A DNA stretch of 64,000 nucleotides, from NCBI GenBank assembly GCA_039683095.1, contig JBDKSB010000012.1:929846-993845 (forward strand), in the 5' to 3' direction. This DNA comes from Acidobacteriota bacterium. GTDB taxonomy: Bacteria > Acidobacteriota > Aminicenantia > Aminicenantales > Saccharicenantaceae. Positions 45,388 to 55,103 of this stretch are shown in pieces; position 1 is the stretch's first letter, and each line of letters starts with the position of its first letter. Below the pieces are notes generated by a model that saw only the letters and a list, made by a program, of their open reading frames with translations, did no database searches and was not told the origin of the DNA. The translations under genes and the position numbers were made by a program.

Positions 45388-47088
45388 ATGCCCATGAAAG
45401 CCGCGAAGTACGCCCTCGGCCTCGACTTCGGCACAAACTCGGTCCGGGCCCTTGTCGTCAACATCGGCAACGGCGACGAGGTCGGCACGGCGATCTTCGA
45501 CTACCCCGGCGGCTCCGCCGGCATCCTGCTCGATCCGAAAGACGCCAACCTGGCCCGGCAGAACCCGGCCGACTGGATCCTGGGCATCGAGAAGACCGTC
45601 CCGGCCGCCCTGGCCGCGGCGAAAAAGAAGGTCAAGGGCTTCGACCCTGCGGCCGTCGTCGGCGTCGGCGTCGACACGACCGGCTCGACGCCTCTGCCGC
45701 TCGATCGGGCCGGCAAGCCCCTCGCTCTCTATAAGGAATTCCGAAAGAACCTCAACGCCCAGGCCTGGCTGTGGAAGGACCATACCGCCCACGCCGAGGC
45801 GGCCGAGATCACCGCCCTGGCCGCGGCCGAACACCCCGAGTACCTGGCCAAGTGCGGCGGCACCTATTCCTCCGAGTGGTTCTGGAGCAAGATCCTCCAC
45901 TGCCTGCGGACGGATCCCAAGGTGGCCGCGGCCGCCTACTCCTGGGCCGAATGCGCCGACTACATCCCGGCCCTCATGACGGGCTCGACCGATCCTCTCC
46001 GGATGAAGCGCAGCCGTTGCGCCGCCGGCCACAAGGCCATGTTCAACGACGCCTGGGGCGGCCTGCCGGCCAAGGCCTTCCTGGCCAAGCTCGATCCGCG
46101 TCTGGGCGAGCTCCGCGACCGCCTCTACCAAAAGACCTTCACGTCCGACGTCCCGGCCGGCGGCCTGACCAAGGACTGGGCCAGGAAGCTGGGCCTCCGC
46201 CCCGGCATCGCCGTGGCCGTCGGCGCCTTCGACGCCCACCTCGGCGGCATCAGCTCCGGCGTCGAGACCGGCCGCTTCGTCAAGATCATCGGCACCAGCA
46301 CCTGCGACATCTGCGTCTGGCCCGCTTCCAAGAAGCTGCCCGATATCCCGGGCCTGTGCGGCATCGTCGACGGCTCGGTCCTGCCCGGCTACCTCGGGCT
46401 CGAGGCCGGCCAGTCCGCCGTCGGCGACATCTTCAACTGGTTCGTCAACGTCATCGAGCCCGGCGGTCCGAAGAAGGGCTCGCACGCCGTCCTGACCCGG
46501 GGCGCGGCGGCCCTCAAGCCCGGCGAATCGGGCCTCCTGGCCCTCGACTGGCTCAACGGCAACCGGACCGTCCTCGTCGACCAGCGCCTGACGGGCCTCA
46601 TCGTCGGCCTGACCCTGCACACCACGCCGGCCGAGATCTACCGGGCCCTCATCGAGGCCACGGCCTTCGGCGCCCTGACCATAATCCGGCGCTTCGAGGA
46701 GTACGGCGTCCAGATCCGCGACGTCGTCAACTGCGGCGGCATCGCCGAGAAGAACCCGCTGGTCATGCAGATCTACGCCGACGTCACCGGCCTGGAGATG
46801 AAGATCGCCCGCTCGAGCCAGACTTGCGCCCTGGGCGCGGCCATGGCCGGGGCCGTCGCGGCCGGACGCCCGGGCGGCGGCCACGCGACCTTCGCCGAGG
46901 CCCAGGCCGCCATGGGCGGGATCAAGCGCACGGTCTACAAACCCGACGGCGCCCGCCACAAGGTCTACCTCGAGCTCTTCGCCCTCTATCGCGAGCTCCA
47001 CGACGCCTTCGGCACGAAGGCCTGGAGCGGCAGCCTCTATAACGTGATGAAGGACCTGCTGGCCCTCAAGGACCTCCAGAGGAGGTAG
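45388..47088 (+). CDS. araB: Ribulokinase
   Basis: FGGY kinase with AraB-specific length (~565 aa). N-terminus YALGLDFGTNSVRALVV, C-terminus ...GAAMAGAVAAG. GGAGG is upstream; the second ATG at 45394 is the more likely true start. Confidence 0.9.
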   Translation: MPMKAAKYALGLDFGTNSVRALVVNIGNGDEVGTAIFDYPGGSAGILLDPKDANLARQNPADWILGIEKTVPAALAAAKKKVKGFDPAAVVGVGVDTTGSTPLPLDRAGKPLALYKEFRKNLNAQAWLWKDHTAHAEAAEITALAAAEHPEYLAKCGGTYSSEWFWSKILHCLRTDPKVAAAAYSWAECADYIPALMTGSTDPLRMKRSRCAAGHKAMFNDAWGGLPAKAFLAKLDPRLGELRDRLYQKTFTSDVPAGGLTKDWARKLGLRPGIAVAVGAFDAHLGGISSGVETGRFVKIIGTSTCDICVWPASKKLPDIPGLCGIVDGSVLPGYLGLEAGQSAVGDIFNWFVNVIEPGGPKKGSHAVLTRGAAALKPGESGLLALDWLNGNRTVLVDQRLTGLIVGLTLHTTPAEIYRALIEATAFGALTIIRRFEEYGVQIRDVVNCGGIAEKNPLVMQIYADVTGLEMKIARSSQTCALGAAMAGAVAAGRPGGGHATFAEAQAAMGGIKRTVYKPDGARHKVYLELFALYRELHDAFGTKAWSGSLYNVMKDLLALKDLQRR

Positions 47089-47091
47089 CCG

Positions 47092-47790
47092 ATGCTGGCC
47101 GAGCTCAAGGAATCCGTCTGGAAGGCCAATCTGGACCTGGCCAGGTCCGGCCTGGTCATCCTGACCTTCGGCAACGTCAGCGGCATCGACCGGCGCCGGG
47201 GCATCGTGGCCATCAAGCCGAGCGGCGTCCCCTACGACGCCATCAAGGCCGACGACATAGTGCTCGTCGACCTCGAAGGCGGCGTCGTCGAGGGCTGGCT
47301 CAGCCCCTCGTCGGACACGCCGACGCATGTCGAGCTCTACAGGGCCTTCCCGGGGATCGGGGGCATCACCCACGCCCACAGCCCCTACGCGACCATGTTC
47401 GCCCAGGCGAAGCGGGAGATCCCCTGTTATGGGACGACCCACGCCGACCAGTTCCACGGCCCCGTGCCCCTCACCAGGCCGCTCGGCGAGCCCGAGATCG
47501 CCGGGGCCTACGAGCGGAACACGGGCCAGGTCATCGTCGAGCGCTTCGCCGGGCTCGAGGCGCTCGAGTGTCCGGCCGTCCTCGTGGCCGGCCACGGGCC
47601 CTTCACCTGGGGCCGGACCCCGGCCGAGGCCGTCGAGACGGCCATCGTTCTCGAGCAGGTCGCCCACACGGCCTTCGGCTCGGTCATCATCGAGCCCCGG
47701 CTCGACCCCCTGGACGCGTGCCTCCAGGAAAAGCATTTCCGCAGGAAGCACGGGCCCGACGCCTATTACGGACAAAAGAAGGAGGAATGA
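47092..47790 (+). CDS. araD: L-ribulose-5-phosphate 4-epimerase (class II aldolase fold)
   Basis: 232 aa with motifs GNVSGIDR and THAHSPYATMFAQA. It sits 3 nt after araB. Confidence 0.9.
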   Translation: MLAELKESVWKANLDLARSGLVILTFGNVSGIDRRRGIVAIKPSGVPYDAIKADDIVLVDLEGGVVEGWLSPSSDTPTHVELYRAFPGIGGITHAHSPYATMFAQAKREIPCYGTTHADQFHGPVPLTRPLGEPEIAGAYERNTGQVIVERFAGLEALECPAVLVAGHGPFTWGRTPAEAVETAIVLEQVAHTAFGSVIIEPRLDPLDACLQEKHFRRKHGPDAYYGQKKEE

Positions 47791-47792
47791 TC

Positions 47793-49271
47793 ATGACCAA
47801 CATCCCGAAGGTCCGCCTCGGCCTGGTCGCCGTCAGCCGCGACTGCTTCCCCATCGAGCTTTCCCGCAAGCGCTCCCTCCGCGTGGCGGAGGAATGCCGC
47901 AAGCTCGGCGTGTCCGTCACGCGCATCCCGACCGTCGTCGAGAACGAGAAGGACGCCCTCCAGGCGCTCGAGGAGCTGCGGGACAAGAAGATCAACGCCC
48001 TGGTCATCTATCTGGGCAACTTCGGCCCGGAGACGCCGACGACCATCCTGGCCCAGAAGTTCGACGGCCCGGTCATGGTCGTCGCCGCCGCCGAGGAGTC
48101 GGGCAAGGACCTCGTCGACGGGCGCGGCGACGCCTACTGCGGCATGCTCAACAACTCCTACAGCATGGGCCTGCGCCGGCTCCGGCCCTACGTGCCGGAA
48201 TACCCGGTCGGCCTGCCCGAGGAAGCGGCCGGGATGATCGCCGATTTCGTGCCTGTCGCCCGGATCCTGCTCGGCCTGGCCAAGCTCAAGGTCTTCTCTT
48301 TCGGGCCGCGGCCGCAGGATTTCCTGGCCTGCAACGCCCCGATCAAGCCGCTCTACGACCTCGGCGTCGAGATCATGGAGAACAGCGAGCTCGACCTCTA
48401 CGACATCTTCCGCAAGTCCGAGGGCGATCCGAAGGTCAAGGCGGTCGCGGCGGACATAGCCAGGGAGCTGGGTGCCGGGAACGCCTATCCCGGCATCCTG
48501 AACAAGCTGGCCCAGTTCGAAGTCGCGCTGCTCAAGTTCATGGAAGGGAACCTCGGCGCCTCGGAGTTCGGCATCTTCGCCGACAAGTGCTGGCCGGCCT
48601 TCGAGAGCTTCTTCGGCTTCGTCCCCTGCTACGTCAACTCGCGGCTGGCGGCCCGGGGCATCCCGGTCGCCTGCGAGGTCGACATCTACGGCGCGCTGAG
48701 CGAGTACATCGCCACCTGCGCCACGGAGTTGCCGGCCACGATCCTCGACATCAACAACACCGTCCCCTACGACATGATCGCCGGGGCCAGGAAGGCGATC
48801 AAGGGCTACAAGCCCTCCGACCTGTTCATGGGCTTCCACTGCGGCAATACGCCGGCCGGGTGCCTGGTCAACCCGGCCATGGGCTACCAGCTGATCATGC
48901 ACCGGCTCCAGGAGCCGGGCAAGGAGCCCGACATCACCCGGGGGACGGTCGAGGGGCGGATCAAGGCGGGCGGCGTGACCATTTTCCGCCTCCAGTCGAC
49001 CGCCGACACTGTCCTGCGGTCCTACATGGCCGAGGGCGAGGTCCTGGACGTCGATCCGAAGTCGTTCGGCGGGATCGGGGTCATCGCCGTCAAGGAGATG
49101 GGCCGGTTCTACCGCCACGTCCTCGTCGAGAAGCGCTTCCCCCACCACACGGCGGTGGCCTTCGCCCCGGCCGGCAAGACCCTGTGGGCGGCCATGCGCA
49201 TGCTCGGGGTCGAGGACATCGGCTTCAACCGCCCGGCCGGGATGCTCTACCCGACGGAGAATCCGTTCTAA
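47793..49271 (+). CDS. L-fucose-isomerase-family sugar isomerase occupying the araA position (putative L-arabinose isomerase analogue)
   Basis: Start ATG 47793 with AAGGAGG 9 nt upstream; the ORF-track start at 47568 adds an Arg/Gly leader. The N-terminus PKVRLGLVAVSRDCFPIELS is FucI-like and lacks the canonical AraA FWFVTGSQHLYG N-terminus. It immediately follows araD. Confidence 0.65.
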   Translation: MTNIPKVRLGLVAVSRDCFPIELSRKRSLRVAEECRKLGVSVTRIPTVVENEKDALQALEELRDKKINALVIYLGNFGPETPTTILAQKFDGPVMVVAAAEESGKDLVDGRGDAYCGMLNNSYSMGLRRLRPYVPEYPVGLPEEAAGMIADFVPVARILLGLAKLKVFSFGPRPQDFLACNAPIKPLYDLGVEIMENSELDLYDIFRKSEGDPKVKAVAADIARELGAGNAYPGILNKLAQFEVALLKFMEGNLGASEFGIFADKCWPAFESFFGFVPCYVNSRLAARGIPVACEVDIYGALSEYIATCATELPATILDINNTVPYDMIAGARKAIKGYKPSDLFMGFHCGNTPAGCLVNPAMGYQLIMHRLQEPGKEPDITRGTVEGRIKAGGVTIFRLQSTADTVLRSYMAEGEVLDVDPKSFGGIGVIAVKEMGRFYRHVLVEKRFPHHTAVAFAPAGKTLWAAMRMLGVEDIGFNRPAGMLYPTENPF

Positions 49272-49346
49272 AAAATGGGGGACACGATACCTATTTCCTA
49301 TTTTCGCCGGCACCGATAATTAGGAAATAGGTATCGTGTCCCCCTA
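49271..49346. terminator. Bidirectional intrinsic terminator with a perfect 24-bp stem (two inverted repeat units) between convergent araA and the M28 peptidase
   Basis: 49277-49300 GGGGGACACGATACCTATTTCCTA pairs with 49321-49344 TAGGAAATAGGTATCGTGTCCCCC across a 20-nt loop. An A6 tract lies upstream. The T-rich tract TAATTTTCTTAATTTTC lies downstream on the plus strand, and TTTTTT on the minus strand. Confidence 0.7.
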
Positions 49347-49360
49347 ATTTTCTTAATTTT

Positions 49361-50935
49361 CTAGCTGCGGCCGCGCTGCGGCGCCGGCGCGTTGGCGTCG
49401 AAGTATTTCCGCGGCAGCTTCTGGTCGCGCATGGCGGCATTGTAGACGAACCAGGCCATGACCGTGGCCGCCTGCATCAGGTCGGGGCGGGACAGGTGGT
49501 CGTAGACGTCCATGGTCGAGTGGTGCGTCAGAGTGTCGTACTCGAGATCGTCCTGGATGAACTGGAAGCCGGGCAGCCCGACGCCGTCGAACGGCAGGTG
49601 GTCCGTGCCGCCCGTGTTCCGCAGGACCACGGTCCCGGCGCCGAGATCGCGCACGGGCCTGAGCCATTCCTCGAAGATGGGCACGACGGCGCTGTTGCCC
49701 TGGGCGTAGATGCCGCGGATCTTGCCGCTGCCATTGTCGAAATTGAAGTAGGCCGAGAGCTTGTCGTATTCCGGCTTCTTCTCCTTCTTCGCCCGGTCGA
49801 AGAAATGGTTCGCGACATAGCCGCGCGAGCCGACGAAGCCCTGTTCCTCCGCGTCCCAGAAAGCCATGCGGATGGTGCGCCGGGGCTGGACGCCGAGCGC
49901 CTTCAGGATGCGCATGGCCTCGAAGGCGACGGCGCAGCCGGCCCCGTCGTCCGTGGCCCCCGTGCCGCCGTGCCAGGTGTCGAAGTGGCCGCCGAGCATG
50001 ACCAGCTCGGCCTTGAGCTTGGGGTCGGCGCCGGGGATCTCGGCGACGACGTTCGTGCCCGGCAGATCGTCGGCCGTGAACCGGGCCTGGACCTCGACCT
50101 CGAGCGTGACCGGGACGTTCTTCTGGATAATGCGGACGATGCGGTTGTACTGCTCCGTGGCGACGGCGATCGCGGGAACGGGCGTCTCCGCGCCCTTGGT
50201 CCGCGAGCCGCCGGCGGCGACAAAGACCGTGCCGAACTTGCCCCGGCCGGGATCGAGGATGACGCCCACGCCCTCGGCCTTGAGCATCTTCTGGATGGCC
50301 TGCTGGACCTGCGCCCGGGCCATCATGTCCTGCATCTGCGGGGCCTGGGGCCGCCGGGCGTACGGATCGGGTGCCAGCATGAGCTTCTCGAGATCGGGCC
50401 CGGCCAGGCGCGAGGCCATCGGGTCGAACGAGATCGGCAGGTCCTGCTCGCCCTGCAGCAGGACGATGGCGTCCTTGAGCTTGCCCTTGTACTGGTCGAG
50501 GTCGGCCACGGTCTTGGCCTGGATCAGGACGGCCTGCCCCTTGAGGAGGCCGTTCGTCCCGGGCGTCCAGGCCTTGGGATAGCCGACGATGGGCATGTAC
50601 TGAGGCTCGGTCATGGCGGCGTAGAACTTCAGGAGCTCCCAGCTGCGGCCGAACGTGCCGTAGGGCTCCATGGCCGCGTTGGCCAGGCCGATCTCCCTGG
50701 CTTTGCCGACAACCCACTCGCCGGCCTTGACGTACTGGGGCGAGTCGGGCAGCCGCGGCCCGTAGACGTCGCAGAGATAGACCAGGAAATCGCTGATCTT
50801 GGAGTTGTTCAGGCCCTCGGCGCGGATGCGGTCGAGCATCTGCAGGTCGAGCTTCTCCTGGGCGAAGGCCCCGAGCGAGAACAGGACGACCAGGAGAGCG
50901 AGGACCAGCGAACGGAAGGCCAGGTGTTTTTTCAT
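49361..50935 (-). CDS. M28-family peptidase with a PA domain (secreted aminopeptidase)
   Basis: Signal peptide MKKHLAFRSLVLALLVVLFSLGAFAQ. M28 motifs LGGHFDTWHGGTGATDDGAGCAV, WDAEEQGFVGS and GTDHLPF. Confidence 0.85.
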   Translation of the reverse strand: MKKHLAFRSLVLALLVVLFSLGAFAQEKLDLQMLDRIRAEGLNNSKISDFLVYLCDVYGPRLPDSPQYVKAGEWVVGKAREIGLANAAMEPYGTFGRSWELLKFYAAMTEPQYMPIVGYPKAWTPGTNGLLKGQAVLIQAKTVADLDQYKGKLKDAIVLLQGEQDLPISFDPMASRLAGPDLEKLMLAPDPYARRPQAPQMQDMMARAQVQQAIQKMLKAEGVGVILDPGRGKFGTVFVAAGGSRTKGAETPVPAIAVATEQYNRIVRIIQKNVPVTLEVEVQARFTADDLPGTNVVAEIPGADPKLKAELVMLGGHFDTWHGGTGATDDGAGCAVAFEAMRILKALGVQPRRTIRMAFWDAEEQGFVGSRGYVANHFFDRAKKEKKPEYDKLSAYFNFDNGSGKIRGIYAQGNSAVVPIFEEWLRPVRDLGAGTVVLRNTGGTDHLPFDGVGLPGFQFIQDDLEYDTLTHHSTMDVYDHLSRPDLMQAATVMAWFVYNAAMRDQKLPRKYFDANAPAPQRGRS

Positions 50936-51065
50936 GGGACGCTCCTTTGTACCGGTCTCGGGGACTATACGCCCGCGGCCGCGGCCTTGTCAAAACACGG
51001 CCGGGACGGACGGCCGCCCGGGACGCTTCCCGGCGGGCCCCGACCTGCTTTATAATGAAGGGACC

Positions 51066-52103
51066 ATGAAAGCGGCTTTCCTGACAGGCGTCCGGACGAT
51101 CGAGATCCGCGACATCCCGGCGCCCCGGCTCGTCCGCGACGACGACGTCATCGTCCGGAGCCGGGCCGTCGGCGTCTGCGGCAGCGACCTCCACTACTAC
51201 CTCTCCAACAAGGTCGGCGGCGACCAGGTCAAGTACCCCTTCATCCCGGGCCACGAGTGCGCCGGCGTCGTCGAGGAGGTCGGTCGGTCCGTGACCAGGG
51301 TCAGGCCGGGCGACCAGGTCGTGGTCGAGCCGGCCGTCTCGTGCGGTACGTGCGACCAGTGCCGGACCGGACGGCCCCACACCTGCCGCAAGCTCCTCTT
51401 CCTCGGCCACTACGGCGAGCTCACCGGCGGCATGGCCGAGCTCGTCCTGGCCCCGGAACGCAACTGCGTGCCGCTGCCGGCGAAAATGACCGCCGTCCAG
51501 GGCGCGCTGGCCGAGCCCCTGTCGATCGGGCTTTACGCGGCCGGGTTAGCCGGCTCGGTAAGGGGGAAGACGGCGGCGGTGCTCGGGACCGGGCCGATCG
51601 GGCTGTGCGTCATCATGGCCCTGAAGGCGGACGGCGCGGGCGCGGTCTACGCCACGGAGAAGGTCGAGGCCCGGCGGACGGCGGCCGCCGAGAAGGCGGG
51701 AGCCGATTGGACGGGGGATCCGGGCGCCGAGGACGTCGTGGCCGAGACCGCGGCCCGCGAGTCCCTCGGCCTCGACCTCGTCTTCGAGTGCTGCGGCGAG
51801 CAGCCGGCCCTCGACCAGGCGGTCGCCCTGCTCAAGCCCGGCGGGACGCTCGTCGTCGTGGGCATCCCCCTCGAGCCGCGCGTCTCCTTCGACAGCTCCA
51901 GGGTCCGCCGGCGCGAGATCCGGATCCAGAACGTCCGGCGCCAGAACAGGTGCCTGGAGCGGGCCGTGGGCATGATCCACGCGGGCCGGATCCCGGTGGA
52001 TTTCCTGGCCACGCATTCCTTCGGCCTCGGCCAGGCCGGAGAAGCCTACGAAACGGCGGCGGCCCGCCGCGACGGCGTGATCAAGGCCATCGTCAGGCCG
52101 TAG
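51066..52103 (+). CDS. Zn-dependent medium-chain alcohol/polyol dehydrogenase (sorbitol or threonine dehydrogenase-like)
   Basis: Start re-assigned to ATG 51066. Motifs GVCGSDLHYY, GHECAGVVEEVG and GxGxxG LGTGPIGL. Confidence 0.85.
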   Translation: MKAAFLTGVRTIEIRDIPAPRLVRDDDVIVRSRAVGVCGSDLHYYLSNKVGGDQVKYPFIPGHECAGVVEEVGRSVTRVRPGDQVVVEPAVSCGTCDQCRTGRPHTCRKLLFLGHYGELTGGMAELVLAPERNCVPLPAKMTAVQGALAEPLSIGLYAAGLAGSVRGKTAAVLGTGPIGLCVIMALKADGAGAVYATEKVEARRTAAAEKAGADWTGDPGAEDVVAETAARESLGLDLVFECCGEQPALDQAVALLKPGGTLVVVGIPLEPRVSFDSSRVRRREIRIQNVRRQNRCLERAVGMIHAGRIPVDFLATHSFGLGQAGEAYETAAARRDGVIKAIVRP

Positions 52104-52143
52104 CCGGGTCCGGCCTTGTACCTCGGCGTCCTATCCGCACGAC

Positions 52144-52216
52144 AAAAAAGGTAACATGTCCCGGCTTTTTCCCGGGCGGGAAAATGGGGAACAGGTATCA
52201 TGTCCCGCATTTTGTC
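52144..52216 (+). repeat. Composite repeat element, copy B (~73 bp), between convergent ADH and DUF2075 3' ends; terminator-like
   Basis: Reads aaaaaaGGTAACATGTCCCGGCtttttcccgggcGGGAAAATGGGGAACAGGTATCATGTCCCGCATTTTgtc. The second hairpin AUGGGGAACA / UGUCCCGCAU pairs 8 of 10 positions, is flanked by A4 and U4, and has GACAAAA / TTTTGTC termini. Confidence 0.7.
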
Positions 52217-52232
52217 GAAAACCGCCGGCCGA

Positions 52233-54209
52233 TCAGATCTCTCTGAAGCCGATCCCTCTGAGATATTCGAACGTCGGGTCGTAGAAGGACGGCTGGCGCG
52301 TCGGATCGTCCCGGTCCCCCGGCGGCACGACGATGACCATGCCCTGGCGCGCCCGCGTCAGGAGAACGCGGTAGGCGTTCTTCTGGTACTTCTGCCTCTC
52401 GGAATCCCTGATGTTCCGCCAGGCGTCTCCCAGGAACGACTTGTGCGTCCACCCCGTTCGCGAATATCGAAAATCCGCGTCCCAGGTGACGCAGGCCCAA
52501 TCGAGCTCCAGGCCCTGGACATCGAATTCCGTGGCCACGTCCTCCAGGTAGTAGGACGACCGCACATCCTGCTTGCCGTCGAGGAACCAATGGACCGGAT
52601 CCATCGGTGCCTTGACATGGATGGCGTGAGGCCGGAGACGCTCCGCTTGCGAGGAGACCACGATGCCGTATCGCTCGGTCCCCCGCGCCTGGGCCTTGAG
52701 CCACGATTTGGCCTGGCCGAGGTCGCGGGTGATGGCGATCGGATATCTGTCCCGCAGCTCGGCCAGGGTCCGGCGCGCCCCCGCGTCGTCCAGGTCCAGG
52801 ACCTGCTTGACCAGAAGGGACACGTTCTCGGCCCGGAAGGAGCGCATGGATACGGCCAGGTGAAGCGAGGGGACGAAGCTGACGTGCCGTCGGGGCTCCA
52901 GCTGCTCGAGAACCCTCCCGGCGCCGTATTCGCTGTCCGTCAGCTGGGGAGAGATGAAGACGCGCCAGTCGGGAAAAGACCGCGTCAGGGAATCGATCCA
53001 TTCGGAGATCCCGGCCTCGCCCCGGTTGATCTCCTGCCCTCCTCCGACGAGGCAGATAACGACGGCCCAATCCGGGTGCCGATCGAGGCAGGAGATCAGG
53101 AACTCGGGCTCCGAAAATCGGAAGCCCGGCCTTTTCTTCTTGCGCTTCATGAAATCCGCGGTCATGCCGCTGTTCCAGGCCCGTTGGGCTTCGTCGAACA
53201 GGGCCACATGATCGACCGGGGGGCGCTTCTCGTCGACAAGACACTCGTCCCGGAAATGATGGACGTTCTGGATGAAGGCCTTGACCCGGCTCTTGGCTTC
53301 GCCTTTCTTGATCCTTTTGCCATGGGCCTTCGTCCGGACGACCATATCACGGGCCAGGGCCTCCTGGAGGATCTTGACCAGCGGGCCGTTCCCGGACAGG
53401 AAGACGCTGTGGTGCGCGTCGGCCTGATCCATATGCTCCGTCGCGACGTTGAGACCGACCAGGGTCTTGCCCGCCCCGGGCACGCCGGTGACGAAGCAGA
53501 TGGATTTGTGCGCCCGCGCCTTGGCGTCTTGAATGACCTTCGAGATCGCGTTCGTCGTCTGGCTGAGATTGACGGCCCCGGCGTCGCTGCGGGATATTTC
53601 GGCGACCGAGTGGCTTCGGTAAAGCGCCAGGGCCGCTTCCATGATGGTGGGCGTCGGGCTGTATCGGCCGGTCTTCCATGTTCGCCAATCGATCTTTTCT
53701 CCGTCGGCGAAGTCCAGCACGCCCTGGATGACTTCGCCAAGCGCCTCCCCGTCGGTTTTCAGGGGAAGCAGGACGTTGTCGTTCCGGGGAGTCAGGGCGA
53801 TGCCCGGCGGAACGCGCCCGGCGCCGGTCGCGATCAGAACGGGCGCGACGAGATGATCGTGGCTGGTTTCATGGAAATTCTTCAGGTCCAGGGCATAATC
53901 CATAACCTGGTCGAGGGCATAGGACGCGAATTCCCTGGCTCCGACCTTGAATTCCAGGACGAAGATGACCGGCCCGATGACGAGCAGGACGTCAATCCGC
54001 TCCCCCATGCGGGGGATGGAGTACTCGAAGTGGATGCCCCCCGAACGGGACCCCAGCGCCGCGCGGAGGATCCCGATCTCCGCGACCCAGGCGGCGCGTT
54101 GCTCGAGCGTGTCGGGGAAGTCGCTGGCCAGCGCCAGCTTCCCGACGATCTCCTCGGTCGAGGACCGGAGGAAGGCGGCGATCGTATCGGAGTAGTATTC
54201 GCGCTTCAC
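52233..54209 (-). CDS. DUF2075-type protein: N-terminal PD-(D/E)xK nuclease-like domain plus a P-loop (SF1 helicase-like) ATPase; Nhi-like architecture
   Basis: 658 aa. N-terminal [22 protein letters not shown] (D...E.K). Walker [16 protein letters not shown]-terminal helicase-like region ending [16 protein letters not shown]. The start overlaps the upstream gene stop as ATGA. Confidence 0.75.
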   Translation of the reverse strand: MKREYYSDTIAAFLRSSTEEIVGKLALASDFPDTLEQRAAWVAEIGILRAALGSRSGGIHFEYSIPRMGERIDVLLVIGPVIFVLEFKVGAREFASYALDQVMDYALDLKNFHETSHDHLVAPVLIATGAGRVPPGIALTPRNDNVLLPLKTDGEALGEVIQGVLDFADGEKIDWRTWKTGRYSPTPTIMEAALALYRSHSVAEISRSDAGAVNLSQTTNAISKVIQDAKARAHKSICFVTGVPGAGKTLVGLNVATEHMDQADAHHSVFLSGNGPLVKILQEALARDMVVRTKAHGKRIKKGEAKSRVKAFIQNVHHFRDECLVDEKRPPVDHVALFDEAQRAWNSGMTADFMKRKKKRPGFRFSEPEFLISCLDRHPDWAVVICLVGGGQEINRGEAGISEWIDSLTRSFPDWRVFISPQLTDSEYGAGRVLEQLEPRRHVSFVPSLHLAVSMRSFRAENVSLLVKQVLDLDDAGARRTLAELRDRYPIAITRDLGQAKSWLKAQARGTERYGIVVSSQAERLRPHAIHVKAPMDPVHWFLDGKQDVRSSYYLEDVATEFDVQGLELDWACVTWDADFRYSRTGWTHKSFLGDAWRNIRDSERQKYQKNAYRVLLTRARQGMVIVVPPGDRDDPTRQPSFYDPTFEYLRGIGFREI

Positions 54210-54652
54210 TTCATCCGCTCGCGCATCTTGGCCTCGTTCGCGGCGGGCCAGTAGCCGCAGTCGAGCTCGAGGAAGACCGTGGTGTAGGGAACGGCCACGG
54301 TCGTCTTGACCATGATGATCTTGAAGGTCCGGCCGGCCTGATCCAGCTTGGCGATGAGGTCCTCGCGGAGGATAGGCTGGGCGCCGCGGCCGTCCAGCAT
54401 CCTGTCGAGCCGGCGCTTCGTCTCGTCCGCGCCGGGGGCCAGGTCCTCCGTGACATACGCCGGCTCCTTATCCAGCCAGATCTTCTGGCGGACGTGCCGG
54501 GCCCCGTCGACGGCCTTGAGCACCTTGTCGAGGACGGCAAAGTGGTCATCGCCGGTGACGATGGTTTCGATGCCCGGGCTGATCTGGAGCGGGAAGGCCG
54601 AGTCGGCGACGAGGAGCATGACGATCCCGCTAATGGCCAGGGCGTTGCGCAC
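54206..54652 (-). CDS. Hypothetical protein (148 aa) co-transcribed with the DUF2075 gene
   Basis: Reasonable composition and an N-terminal hydrophobic segment [17 protein letters not shown]. It is translationally coupled to DUF2075 by an ATGA overlap. The alternative frame 54211-54678 is low complexity and was rejected. Confidence 0.45.
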   Translation of the reverse strand: MRNALAISGIVMLLVADSAFPLQISPGIETIVTGDDHFAVLDKVLKAVDGARHVRQKIWLDKEPAYVTEDLAPGADETKRRLDRMLDGRGAQPILREDLIAKLDQAGRTFKIIMVKTTVAVPYTTVFLELDCGYWPAANEAKMRERMK

Positions 54653-54674
54653 GGGTCCTTCTCTTCCTTTCGTC

Positions 54675-55103
54675 TCATCCGGCCAGGAGCCGGTAGGCCG
54701 CCTTGATCGGGGTGCCGCCCTTGAGCATGGCCCAGACGGGGCAGAATCGCTCTTCCGACAGGGCCAGGGCCTTCTCTACCGAGGCGCCGTCGAGCTTCCC
54801 GCCCCGGAACTCGAACTCGAGCTCGATCGACGCGAGGACCTTCGGGTGGATCTCTTTCTTGGCCCCGCGGGCGCGGACGGTCAGGTCCTTGACCTCCTGT
54901 CCCATCCGCTTGAGGAGGCCGACGACGACCTGGCCGCTGCAGCCGGCCAGGCTGGCGAGCAGGAGCTCGAGCGGCGAGAAGCCGTCGATGAGCTGGTCGT
55001 CGGCCGCGAAGTCGAGGGCCACCGTCCGGCCGGCCCGGCCGGAGACCCCGTCGAACCTCATCCCGCCCCTGAAGACGACATCGGACCGGATCTCTTCGGC
55101 CAT
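54675..55103 (-). CDS. OsmC/Ohr-family peroxiredoxin-like protein
   Basis: 142 aa with paired Cys motifs LAGCSGQ and FCPVWAM typical of OsmC. Confidence 0.85.
   Translation of the reverse strand: MAEEIRSDVVFRGGMRFDGVSGRAGRTVALDFAADDQLIDGFSPLELLLASLAGCSGQVVVGLLKRMGQEVKDLTVRARGAKKEIHPKVLASIELEFEFRGGKLDGASVEKALALSEERFCPVWAMLKGGTPIKAAYRLLAG

Noticed and set aside
45214-47775. 853-aa minus-strand ORF antisense to araB and araD
   Set aside because: Antisense to two genes with unmistakable AraB/AraD motifs, and low complexity.
54211-54678. Alternate 155-aa frame for the gene upstream of DUF2075
   Set aside because: Ser/Pro/Arg/Thr-rich low-complexity translation. The 54206-54652 frame has balanced composition and an ATGA coupling to DUF2075.
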